A stretch of DNA of 64,000 bases from an uncultured bacterium (GTDB taxonomy: Bacteria > Oederibacteriota > JAAXVQ01 > JAUVAV01), in the NCBI GenBank assembly GCA_963710755.1, contig CAVQBK010000003.1:576001-640000 (forward strand). The letters run 5' to 3'. Shown here piece by piece: positions 10,265 to 19,415 of the stretch (positions are counted from its first letter, which is position 1; each line of letters starts with the position of its first letter). The notes under the pieces are model-generated. The model made no database searches, was not told where the DNA came from, and was given only the letters and a program-made list of their open reading frames with translations. The translations under genes were made by a program, and so were the position numbers.

Positions 10265-11060
10265 GTGGATGCAATGAACGCAATGGATCAAGATTTATGG
10301 ACGGCTTATCAACAAAACGGGGACATGAATGCCAGAGAAACCTTGCTCAAAAAGAACATTCCACTGGTGCGCTTCACCATGGAACGCATGACCATTCCAC
10401 AAAACCGTTCCTGGCTGGACATGGATGATTTGATGACCGCCGGCATCATCGGCCTTATTGATGCCATTGAAAAGTTCAATCCTGAACTGGGCGGCAAATT
10501 TCCCACCTATGCTTACTTCCGGATTCGTGGCGCCATCCTGGATGAAATGCGCGCCATGGACTGGGTGCCCCGCAGTGTTCGCCAGAAAACCAGGGAGATC
10601 GAACAAGCCTATGAAGCCCTGGAGAGGAAACTACATCGCAACGTCACCGAACAGGATCTGGCCCGGCATATGAAATTACCGGTTAAGAAAGTACAGTCCA
10701 TGCTCAGTGAAATTAACATTCCGCCCGTGGTCTCTCTGGATGAAATGATGGAAGACCGCGACAAGAAACGGCGCGACGTGGTGCCTGCCGATGCCTCCAG
10801 CAACGACCGGGGCATGACCAATGCTTTTGCCGATCTGGCGGCCAGGGAATCCAAGGAGTTGTTGGCGGAGATGATTGAGCGCCTGCCGGAAAAAGAACGC
10901 CTGGTTTTAACTCTCTATTACTATGAAGAATTGACCTTGAAGGAAATCGCCGCCATTCTGGAAGTGACCGAATCGCGTGTCTGCCATGATTCACGGTCAG
11001 GCCATTGTTCACCTTAAAGGTGCCATGAAAGCCAATCGTCATGATTTTGTAATGAACTAA
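10265..11060 (+). CDS. fliA: FliA/WhiG-family sigma28 factor with an apparent +1 frameshift near the C-terminus
   Basis: GLIDAIEKF, RIRGAILDEMRAMDWVPRSVR, LYYYEELTLKEIA..L.VTESRV; removing T10987 restores ESRVCQIHGQAIVHLKGAMKANRHDFVMN* (stop 11058-11060); as given the ORF ends at 11017. Confidence 0.85.
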
Positions 11061-11164
11061 AAAGCCGCGGGGCCGGCATTTTTATATTGCGGCTTGACTG
11101 GCCAGTGACTATAATTGAAACGTTTGTGCGTCCGAATCACATCCCAAGGATGGAGACCGCGGTT

Positions 11165-11560
11165 ATGGCCGAACCAAAAATATTGATTGTGGACGACAAC
11201 CAGGAAATCATCGACCTGATCAGCTACCAGTTTAAAAGCCGGGGCTATCAAGTGGTCGGCGCTGTTAACGGGCAGGAAGCCTTGGCTAAAGTTTATCTGG
11301 AACATCCGGATTTGATTCTGCTCGATATCATGATGCCTATGATCGACGGCTATGAGCTATGCAATACCCTGAAAACCAATGAAGAAACGAAACATATTCC
11401 GGTCATCTTGGTGACCGTAAAAGGCAACGAATCGGATATAGAAAAAGGCTTTGAAGTCAGGGCCGACGGGTATGTGGTCAAACCTTTTGAGATCGAGGAA
11501 TTGGCGGAATTTTCCGAGAAGTTCCTAAAAAAAGATTGCCAGCCGCACCAACCTTTATAA
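11165..11560 (+). CDS. Single-domain response regulator
   Basis: KILIVDD, PDLILLDIMMP, KPF. Confidence 0.9.
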   Translation: MAEPKILIVDDNQEIIDLISYQFKSRGYQVVGAVNGQEALAKVYLEHPDLILLDIMMPMIDGYELCNTLKTNEETKHIPVILVTVKGNESDIEKGFEVRADGYVVKPFEIEELAEFSEKFLKKDCQPHQPL

Positions 11561-11767
11561 AGGTGTTTTACTCTTCGTCCTTTATCCTGCCGGGATTCTG
11601 CTTCATATCTATGGTATCCTAAGCTTATCGCACTATGTTGCTTTTTAGGCCGCAACACCGGGAGTCCATTTTTGCCCGTGATGACGACAGGCTTCGATTA
11701 GACCAAGAAGCGAACCCGATCAGGATGATCATGTTCAGTACCACAAGGAAGGAAGGGTGGGAGGTTA

Positions 11768-12361
11768 ATGGGAACAAGCTTGTATCACTGGTTGGACAAG
11801 ATCATCAAACCGACTCTGCCGTGTGGCCGGGTGCTCGAGATCGGTCCCGGCTGGATTTGGCCGGGTCTGAAACTGCTTAAACAAAATTCGCATATGGATT
11901 TGATCATCGCCGGTTATGAGTCCGAGCAACAACAGGCGGCCTTGGACCAAGCCCGGCAGTTGGGCGTGCGGTCAAGGGTAAGCGTTGCCCATCAGACAGG
12001 GGGGACGATCAGCCTGCCCGACCAAAGTGTGGACGGCGTGATTAGTTTTGGGGGCCTGCACCAATGGGACAATCCCGGTCATATGCTCGATGAAATCAGG
12101 CGGGTACTCAAACATCAAGGTGCTTATTTTATTGGTGATGTTCGCGGCGATCAGCCCCTGTGGGAGCAATGGTTTAATTTCAACCGGCAGGCAGCGATCA
12201 AGAATCTATACCGGCAAAGGAAAAAAAGCTGGACCCTGCCGCGCCTGCAGGATTTAATTGCCTGTTGCCACCTAGATCAGGCTGCTTTGGAAGGCACTGG
12301 TCCTGATCTGTGGATCCTTTCCCTTGCTCATCGCAAACCTTCGGTTTCCTCGTCCAGCTGA
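11768..12361 (+). CDS. Class I SAM-dependent methyltransferase
   Basis: VLEIGPG motif I, DQSVDGVIS, LHQW, EIRRVLK. Confidence 0.75.
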   Translation: MGTSLYHWLDKIIKPTLPCGRVLEIGPGWIWPGLKLLKQNSHMDLIIAGYESEQQQAALDQARQLGVRSRVSVAHQTGGTISLPDQSVDGVISFGGLHQWDNPGHMLDEIRRVLKHQGAYFIGDVRGDQPLWEQWFNFNRQAAIKNLYRQRKKSWTLPRLQDLIACCHLDQAALEGTGPDLWILSLAHRKPSVSSSS

Positions 12362-12966
12362 GAGAAAAATCCTTCCATAAAAGCGTGGCGCTGTTGCGCC
12401 AAGCGGCGGCCCTCGGCGGTGAGTATGCGGTCCTTGATGAAGCGTAGCTTGACCCAGTATTCGCGATAAGCCGTATCTTCCTCGCTGTACGCATGCGTTT
12501 TATCGAGGTCAATGCCTTTGTTGTGCAGCTTGGCACCCACCTCCCCGGCGAAAAGGAAAGCCCGGCCAATACCTACAGCGCCGATGCTATCCAATTTATC
12601 GGCATCAAAAAGGATTTTGGCTTCCAGACTTTGCGGTTGGTGCTGGCCGCGAAAGCGGTGAGTCCGGATGCAATGTGTCACCTGTTCAATTAAGCTGGAC
12701 GGCGCAGCGAACTGCTCCAGCAGAGTTTGCGCTTGTTGGGCACCTTCACGGGCATGGCATATCCGGCCCTGCTGATGATCCTCTTCAGGCCGGGCGATAT
12801 CATGCAACAAAGCCGCCAATTGTACCACTTCACTATCTGCGTTTTCCACTTGGGCCAGGTGTTCTGCCAGGGCGAGCACACGCGCCGTATGTTCCCAATC
12901 ATGGGAGCCGCGAGCTTTTTGGAAATGGGCCATGACTACTGGTTTTAATTGTGCGAATAGATCCAT
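12328..12966 (-). CDS. HD-domain phosphohydrolase
   Basis: SHDWEH..RV, ALLHDIAR, DADKLD; GAAAGG RBS before ATG 12966 (the longer ORF start is unlikely). Confidence 0.88.
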   Translation of the reverse strand: MDLFAQLKPVVMAHFQKARGSHDWEHTARVLALAEHLAQVENADSEVVQLAALLHDIARPEEDHQQGRICHAREGAQQAQTLLEQFAAPSSLIEQVTHCIRTHRFRGQHQPQSLEAKILFDADKLDSIGAVGIGRAFLFAGEVGAKLHNKGIDLDKTHAYSEEDTAYREYWVKLRFIKDRILTAEGRRLAQQRHAFMEGFFSQLDEETEGLR

Positions 12967-13390
12967 AAGGTCCTTTCGGTTGAAACTAAACCACCGTTGG
13001 TTCCATCGTTCTTGTTGCGGAAAGACGTCTTTTGATCTTAACAAAATAGTCCACGCCGCTTGGGCGATACCCTTTCCGCAGCCACCCATAGAGGGTGGAA
13101 GTGAGGGATTATCTTTAAAATCAAAGGTGTTTACCCACTCACCCCCAACCCTCTTCCGCAATTTTGGGGGAGAGGGGATTGGAAAATGGTCCTTTTCGCA
13201 ACAAGCACTAATTAGTTTCTGTTTGTTGTATCCAATCTTGGCGTCCATGGCATGAGTAGAGGCACGCACTTATCCACCGAAACTTAAGCTGAGGGGGATG
13301 CCGTACTCCTGCCTCCAGCAACAAGGAACCCCTTATTTATCCAAAAAACGTAGATCTTGGAGACCTAAAATAGCTTTTGGGCCAAAGAAC

Positions 13391-14245
13391 CTATTTCCCT
13401 GCCGGAGTTTGCTTGAAATCAATATTGTAAAAAAGGCGGATCACTTTTTCTTTAAGCTTGGAGCTCATGATGGGGGTCAGGATCGGTGTCAGGCCGGTGA
13501 AGAAATCAGCGGCGGTGTAATAGGCCTTGGGATTGTTGCTGCGCAAAATTTTATAAATGGTTTTGGCCACCAGCAGCGGCTTGGGCGCGATCTTCATGTT
13601 TTTATCGATAGTGGTCCAGCAGGTCTCACAACGCTTTTTGTAAGGTGAATTGTCGGGTACATATTTGTTGGTCATATCATTGAATTCGGTCTGAATATCT
13701 CCGGGCCGCACGGCCGCAACTTTGACGCCCGTGCCGTACAATTCCTGGCGCAGGCCCTGGGTCAGCGCTTCTACTGCGAATTTGCTGGCCGAGTAGTGGG
13801 CTTGAAATGGAATGCAGACCACGCCGCCAATGGAGCTGGTCAGCACCAAATGCCCCTGATTTCTTTGGCGCATCCCCGGTAATACGGCTTTAATCACCCG
13901 CAAATATCCAAAGAAATTAGTTTCCATTTGAGTATACGCCATGTCCATGGGCATTTCCTCGATGGAGCCATAGATGCCGGTGCCGGCATTGCAGACCACG
14001 GCCTGCAAGGGCCCCAGCAGCTTCTCAGCTTGGACCACGGCCTGGGCCACGCTGTCATCCCTGGTAACATCCATTTCCACGAATTGCAATCGCTCGCCAT
14101 AGGTCTGCAACAAGTCATCGACCAGAGCCTGCCGTTTTTTTATGGAACGGGTGGTCCCCACTACCTTGTAGCCATGATCAGCTAAAAATCTGGCCGTCGC
14201 CAGCCCGATACCTGCCGATGCGCCTGTAATCAAAACCGTGTTCAT
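13391..14245 (-). CDS. SDR-family oxidoreductase
   Basis: ITGASAGIG, NAG, YSASK. Confidence 0.88.
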   Translation of the reverse strand: MNTVLITGASAGIGLATARFLADHGYKVVGTTRSIKKRQALVDDLLQTYGERLQFVEMDVTRDDSVAQAVVQAEKLLGPLQAVVCNAGTGIYGSIEEMPMDMAYTQMETNFFGYLRVIKAVLPGMRQRNQGHLVLTSSIGGVVCIPFQAHYSASKFAVEALTQGLRQELYGTGVKVAAVRPGDIQTEFNDMTNKYVPDNSPYKKRCETCWTTIDKNMKIAPKPLLVAKTIYKILRSNNPKAYYTAADFFTGLTPILTPIMSSKLKEKVIRLFYNIDFKQTPAGK

Positions 14246-14478
14246 ACGCCCCCCTATAGGAAAAAAGGAATAACCTGCTGCCAAATTTTGCCATAGAATC
14301 GGGCGACTGTCAAAAGATGATCATCATGCACTTCCATGGTTACAACGGGACAGGCAATACTTCTGTTGGTCACGGAGCAATGGATCGGCTTGACGCCCAA
14401 GCAGGTAAGTTGTAATATTATTTTCCTGGAGCATCTTTCATCACCCAAGGTCCACCCGGATTTTGCAGGAGGAGTTCC

Positions 14479-15600
14479 ATGATTACTATTCGGGAAGTCC
14501 ATACCGCCAAAGATCTTAAAACCTTCACCCTTTTACCTTGGAAAGTTTACCAGGGGGATCCTTACTGGGTGCCGCCGCTGATCGGCGAAACCATGAAATT
14601 GCTGGACAAGAAAAAATCACCTTTCTTCGATTTTGGGGAAGCGGGCTACTTTTTAGCGTATCGTGATCATCAGCCCGTGGGGCGCATTACAGCGCATATT
14701 AATCATCGTCACAACCAGACCCATCAAGTCAAAGAAGGCTTTTTTGGATTTTACGAATGTCTCAATGATGAAGAGGCTGCCGTGGCCCTGTTGGGCGCGG
14801 CGGAAGATTGGGTCCGCCAAAAAGGTATGACCAAGATCATCGGTCCCGAAAGTTTTAGCATTTATGACGAAACCTGTTTTCTGGCTGACGGGTGGGAAGC
14901 CCTGCCGCGCATTCCGGCTGTGATGACTACCTATACACCGCCTTATTACCTGGAGCACATGCACAAGGCTGGGCTGGCCAAGGAAATCGATTGGTATGCC
15001 TTCGTCGTGCAAAAAGGAACACGGGTTAAACCGGTTTTTTTAAAAATGAAAGACCGCTTGCACGACCGCTATGGCTTCATCTTTCGCAACATTGATTTCA
15101 AGCACCTCGACCAGGAGCTGCCCAAGATCAAACACATTTTCGACCATGCCTGGGCCGAGAACTGGGGGCATTTTCCTCTGACAGACCGGCAATTCGATTT
15201 TTTTAAGGAAGCCTTGCAGGCGATCGCTGATCCACGGCTATGCTGGATCGTGGAGGATAAAGACCAGCCGGTCGGGTGCATTGTCAATTTGCCCGATATC
15301 AATCCGGCCGTCCAGAAGATGAACGGCCGCCTTTTGCCCTGGGGCTGGTGGCACTTTTTGCAAGGCCGTAAGCAGAGCAAAGGCCTGCGTACCTTTTTAG
15401 CCGGGGTAGACCAGGGCTACCGCCACAAAGGTGTGGACATCGCCATGATTGCCGAGACCATCACGCAAGGCGTTAAACTGGGTTATGAATGGTCGGAATG
15501 TTCCCTGATCGTGGAGAACAATCATCGCATGATTGAACCTGTCAAAAAATGGGGTGGTGAACTTACCAAGACCTGGCGCTTGTTTAGTAAAACCTGGTAA
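14479..15600 (+). CDS. GNAT-fold acyltransferase, YghO / bacterial ceramide synthase-like (paralog 1)
   Basis: PWKVY..DPYWVPPL, GRITA, GFFGFYEC, NWGH.PLT, PDINP..MNGRL.PWGW, GV...YR.KGVD. Confidence 0.7.
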   Translation: MITIREVHTAKDLKTFTLLPWKVYQGDPYWVPPLIGETMKLLDKKKSPFFDFGEAGYFLAYRDHQPVGRITAHINHRHNQTHQVKEGFFGFYECLNDEEAAVALLGAAEDWVRQKGMTKIIGPESFSIYDETCFLADGWEALPRIPAVMTTYTPPYYLEHMHKAGLAKEIDWYAFVVQKGTRVKPVFLKMKDRLHDRYGFIFRNIDFKHLDQELPKIKHIFDHAWAENWGHFPLTDRQFDFFKEALQAIADPRLCWIVEDKDQPVGCIVNLPDINPAVQKMNGRLLPWGWWHFLQGRKQSKGLRTFLAGVDQGYRHKGVDIAMIAETITQGVKLGYEWSECSLIVENNHRMIEPVKKWGGELTKTWRLFSKTW

Positions 15601-15779
15601 ACATGGGTCATCCAGTTTTGGAACCACACCGGTAATAGCCTGATAAAACACTAACCTGGTGATGGCAAACAGGTTCCGGACCTGGTGTAGTTCTGTCCTT
15701 GACTTCGTCGCAACAACCGGATAGGGTACCTCTTCAAGACGCGGAAAAAAATTATAATATTCAGGAAAGGGATATAACC

Positions 15780-16901
15780 GTGGTGGAAATCAAAGAAATC
15801 AGCAGTAAAAAAGAAATAAAAGAATTTGTGATGTTTCCCTGGCAGGTATATAAAAACGATAAAAATTGGGTGCCGCCCTTGATTGGGGAAACCATAAAGC
15901 TCCTGGACAAAGAAAAATCACCTTTCTTTGAATTTGGCGAAGCTGCTTATTTTATGGCTTACCGCGACAAAAAACCAGTAGGCCGGGTAACAGCGCAAAT
16001 CAACCACCGCCACAATGAATTTAAAAAAGTTCAAGAAGGCTTTTTTGGTTTCTACGAATGCCTGGATGATGACGAAGCGGCCGTGGCCCTGATGAAGGCA
16101 GCCGAAGACTGGGTGCGGCAAAAAGGCATGACCAAGATTGTGGGGCCCGAGAGTTTCACCATTTACGATGAAGTGTGTTTCCTGGTGGACGGCTGGGAAG
16201 GGGATCCGCCCATGCCCGTGGTTATGACCACCTATACGCCCCGCTATTATATGAAACAGATGGACATGGCCGGGTTTGTCAAGGAGATCGACTGGTATGC
16301 CTATATGCTGTACAGCGACTTTAAAATTAAAGATGTCTATTTGAACATGAGGGCGCGCTTGAAAAAGCGCTATGGTTATACCTTCCGCAACATTGACATG
16401 AACCGGCTGGATGAAGAAGCCGAGAAGATTAAAAAGATATTTAATGAAGGGTGGGAAGAAAATTGGGGACACGTCCCTCTGACAGACAGGCAATTCGATA
16501 GCATGAAGGAGGCCCTCAAATTTATCGCCGATCCCAGGATATGCTGGATCGTGGAAGACGGGGACCAAATTGTGGGATGCACGGTATATTTGCCCGATAT
16601 CAATCCTTCCGTAAAAAAAATGAACGGACGCTTTTTTCCTTTCGGGTTTTGGCATTTTCTGCGGGCCAAGAAAAACGCTGAAATCATGCGCGGCTTTCTC
16701 ACCGGCGTGGCTAAGGAGTACCGCAATAAAGGGGTGGATATCGCCCTCATTGCCGAAACCTTTAAAAATGGGATCGCCGCTGGTTATAGCAAGGCCGAAT
16801 GTTCGCTCATGGTGGAAACCAATAAAAATATCCTGGAGCCTATTAAAAAGTGGGGCGGCAAGCACACCAAGACCTGGCGTTTGTACAGCAAAACCCTGTA
16901 A
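15780..16901 (+). CDS. GNAT-fold acyltransferase, YghO / bacterial ceramide synthase-like (paralog 2)
   Basis: Colinear full-length paralog of 14479..15600; GTG start after GGAAAGG. Confidence 0.7.
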   Translation: MVEIKEISSKKEIKEFVMFPWQVYKNDKNWVPPLIGETIKLLDKEKSPFFEFGEAAYFMAYRDKKPVGRVTAQINHRHNEFKKVQEGFFGFYECLDDDEAAVALMKAAEDWVRQKGMTKIVGPESFTIYDEVCFLVDGWEGDPPMPVVMTTYTPRYYMKQMDMAGFVKEIDWYAYMLYSDFKIKDVYLNMRARLKKRYGYTFRNIDMNRLDEEAEKIKKIFNEGWEENWGHVPLTDRQFDSMKEALKFIADPRICWIVEDGDQIVGCTVYLPDINPSVKKMNGRFFPFGFWHFLRAKKNAEIMRGFLTGVAKEYRNKGVDIALIAETFKNGIAAGYSKAECSLMVETNKNILEPIKKWGGKHTKTWRLYSKTL

Positions 16902-16961
16902 GTGACGGCCATGAGCCTTGCCGGCGGGACGGGGAATTTTAAAAAAAGCCTTAAAATTAAC

Positions 16962-16990
16962 TTGATTCCGGCATAAGGCTATGGTATTTT
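16962..16990 (+). promoter_or_regulatory. Sigma70-type promoter of tRNA
   Basis: TTGATT-N17-TATTTT with extended TG, 17 nt upstream of the tRNA. Confidence 0.5.
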
Positions 16991-17007
16991 CTGAGGTCCT
17001 GATCTTT

Positions 17008-17084
17008 GGCGGAGTAGCTCAGCTGGTTAGAGCACACGGTTCATACCCGTGGTGTCCGGGGTTCAATTCCCTGCTCCGCTACCA
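17008..17084 (+). tRNA. tRNA-Met (CAT), elongator type
   Basis: Cloverleaf GGCGGAG...CTCCGCT-ACCA; D-loop AGCTGGTTAGA; anticodon stem CACGG/CCGTG with loop TTCATAC; T-loop GTTCAATTC. Confidence 0.95.
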
Positions 17085-17115
17085 GTGAATATCATCTTCG
17101 GATTTTAGATAGTCG

Positions 17116-17156
17116 CCCTTCAGCCAACAACGCGTGTTGGCTGAAGGGTTTTTTTT
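17116..17156 (+). terminator. Intrinsic terminator after tRNA
   Basis: CCCTTCAGCCAACA-acgcg-TGTTGGCTGAAGGG followed by a T run. Confidence 0.9.
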
Positions 17157-17381
17157 GACCCACCCCCACAATCATAAATTTATCCCCAAAAAACATCCTC
17201 CTGGATCCCCCGTCGGTTTTTCCAAAAAAATAAACTATCAAAGGGAAGAAATTTTTTCTTTTCCGGTCTAATTAAAATACAGGAATGAAGCGCGCAAGTA
17301 TTAAAACGGTTGCTGGAAAGCGGCTGCTGGCCGGGATGGTGACTTTAAGGGCAAGATTGCCCAAATTATGAGGAGGGAATA

Positions 17382-17777
17382 ATGAAAAAATGGATTTGGA
17401 TTTTGTTGGCGTTGAGTCTTAGTGCCTGTACCGGCCAAGTGGGGCCCATGGGTCCGGCCGGTCCCGCAGGCCCTGCAGGCCCGGCCGGACCAGCCGGGGT
17501 AAGCTTGCTGGGCACATACACAGGCACCATCCCCGGCGATGGCAGCTGGTTCATTAGTGTGCCCCAAATCAAGGATCGGTTGGACACCACTTTTATACAA
17601 GCCTACTATGCTTTTCCCGCGTCGCCCAACCAATGGACTTTAATGGCCGATGGTTGGATTGATGACAACAATAACAAAGGCCGTATTTGCGCCGTATCTT
17701 GGACCGAAGGCAAGGTGTATTTGCATTATATGTCGCAAGGCGATCTTTACATGGTCAAAGTTTTTCAAAACAATTAG
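17382..17777 (+). CDS. Small lipoprotein with short collagen-like (GPA)n repeat
   Basis: Lipobox LSAC then GQV GPM GPA GPA GPA GPA GPA G. Confidence 0.75.
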   Translation: MKKWIWILLALSLSACTGQVGPMGPAGPAGPAGPAGPAGVSLLGTYTGTIPGDGSWFISVPQIKDRLDTTFIQAYYAFPASPNQWTLMADGWIDDNNNKGRICAVSWTEGKVYLHYMSQGDLYMVKVFQNN

Positions 17778-17886
17778 GGAAACTGGTTTCGGAATGAGGA
17801 CAAAGGGGTCCGATGACTTGGAAAGCTTTATTTGGTGGTAAGCTCATAGCGGCATTTGCCGGAAGGGTTGAGCAGGAGTCATAACG

Positions 17887-18414
17887 ATGGCAAAGCTTAA
17901 ACGCGACTTTTTCCAACACGATGTACTTAAGGTGGCTCCCAGGCTGCTGGGCAAGGTTCTGGTGCGGCGGTTGCCCGACGGGCTGCATTATTACACCATT
18001 ACCGAAGTGGAAGCCTACCGCAATGAAGAAGACAAAGCCTGCCATGCTTCCCGGGGGCGCACGGCGCGAACGGACATGCTCTATGCCGAAGGCGGACGGT
18101 TATATGTGTATCTGGTTTATGGACGGCATTGGATGCTCAATGTGGTGACAGGTAAAAAAAATGAGCCGCAGGCTGTGCTGATCAGAGGCGTGGAAGGTTT
18201 GGCTGGTCCGGGTAAAGTAGCGCAAGCATTGCAAATCGATCGCACTTTTCATGGAGAAGATATTTCCCGTTCTACCCGTCTTTGGATAATGGATCAAGGC
18301 TTGACCCCGGCGATTCAACGAGCCCCACGGATCAATATCGATTATGCCGGCGAACCCTGGATAAGCAAACCTTGGCGGTTTCGTGCTGTTGCTCCATTTA
18401 ATAAAATCAGGTAA
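17887..18414 (+). CDS. DNA-3-methyladenine glycosylase (MPG/Aag family)
   Basis: LLGKVL, ITEVEAY, D.ACHA, YVYLVYG.H..LNVV, AVLIRG, GPGK, PWRF. Confidence 0.9.
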   Translation: MAKLKRDFFQHDVLKVAPRLLGKVLVRRLPDGLHYYTITEVEAYRNEEDKACHASRGRTARTDMLYAEGGRLYVYLVYGRHWMLNVVTGKKNEPQAVLIRGVEGLAGPGKVAQALQIDRTFHGEDISRSTRLWIMDQGLTPAIQRAPRINIDYAGEPWISKPWRFRAVAPFNKIR

Positions 18415-18589
18415 TCCATTGTGATTATGTTACCGGGCCTTTCCTGCAGTCAAAAATCTTGAAAATAATTTCTGATTTTCTTTCGGTGTAAATTTGCTTA
18501 TGTAAGTTTTTGATGATATATAATTTAAAAAAGAAAGGAGGTTGGTTGTAAATTATTTGTAAGGTAGTACAATAATAAGGGGGCTTTAA

Positions 18590-19135
18590 ATGAAAAAAGC
18601 AGTAGTAGTATCGTCAATCATCGTCATGTCATCTCTTGTGTTAATCAGTTGTTCTTCCAACATCCCCACCAGTCCCACCACTAACAGTGCAACCTATGTA
18701 AGCCAAGAATCAGGTAAAGACGTTGACATAGTTGTAGGTGGTCAGGTGGCGACGCAATCGATCTCTGATACGGAACAGGTTGGCACCGGGACCTTACAAG
18801 TCCAGGATAAAACCGGTCATATTACAACCTTGTACCTCCAATTACACGGCACCATTGTCAGCCAGGAACCCACCATGCTGAACCATGTGATCACTGTGTT
18901 TAAAGACGCCGAATATAAAAAGTCTTTGGGAACCATCTATTCCCAAGGCGATGTGGCTATCACCACGGGCTATGAATATCCGGTAGTGTCGGTTTATGAA
19001 ACCGTTAATATTGCCAATGGGACTGATACTTATAAGAAAATCTCGCCGGACAGCACCATCGCTGTCGCCGGTACGCTCAATTTGGAAAACGGGCAAAATC
19101 AATTTGAGGTGGTTAGCGGTACGCTGATCTACTAG
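18590..19135 (+). CDS. Hypothetical lipoprotein (beta-rich)
   Basis: Signal peptide ending LISC; good RBS. Confidence 0.65.
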   Translation: MKKAVVVSSIIVMSSLVLISCSSNIPTSPTTNSATYVSQESGKDVDIVVGGQVATQSISDTEQVGTGTLQVQDKTGHITTLYLQLHGTIVSQEPTMLNHVITVFKDAEYKKSLGTIYSQGDVAITTGYEYPVVSVYETVNIANGTDTYKKISPDSTIAVAGTLNLENGQNQFEVVSGTLIY

Positions 19136-19236
19136 GTCATTCGTTGGATTTGGCATGAGGGAGCAGATCCAACCCTGCAAAAGTTTAGAAAAAAAAATCA
19201 GCCTGGCATGAGCAATCATTCCAGGCTGATTTTTTT
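19123..19236 (+). repeat. Imperfect direct repeat copy 1 (gene 3' end, conserved 34-mer and terminator hairpin)
   Basis: GCTGATCTACTA...ATTTGGCATGAGGGAGCAGATCCAACCCTGCAAA...AAAAAATCAGCCTGG..CCAGGCTGATTTTTT also at 59595-59703. Confidence 0.85.
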
Positions 19237-19415
19237 GTATAACGTTACTCTCTATTTCAAAAGAGCAGCCAGCGTCAGGATTCTGGTGTGCTGAGTACAG
19301 CAGCGGGTAGAAAATCAGTATCTGGCAAGAAATCAGAACGGCCATGATTAAGGGAGGTGGGCCTAAAGCGTGAAAAGACTAAGCAGCGAAGGTGCCCAGC
19401 GGGTATTCATCTTGG

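Noticed and set aside
12967-13269. N-terminal extension of the HD protein
   Set aside because: It runs through REP-like intergenic DNA; the RBS and domain start support ATG 12966
17008-17084. tRNA-Met as island attachment site
   Set aside because: I saw no duplicated tRNA 3' end and no integrase in the window
17440-17500. GC-rich 9-bp tandem repeat as a non-coding element
   Set aside because: Fully explained by the Gly-Pro-Ala collagen-like coding repeat
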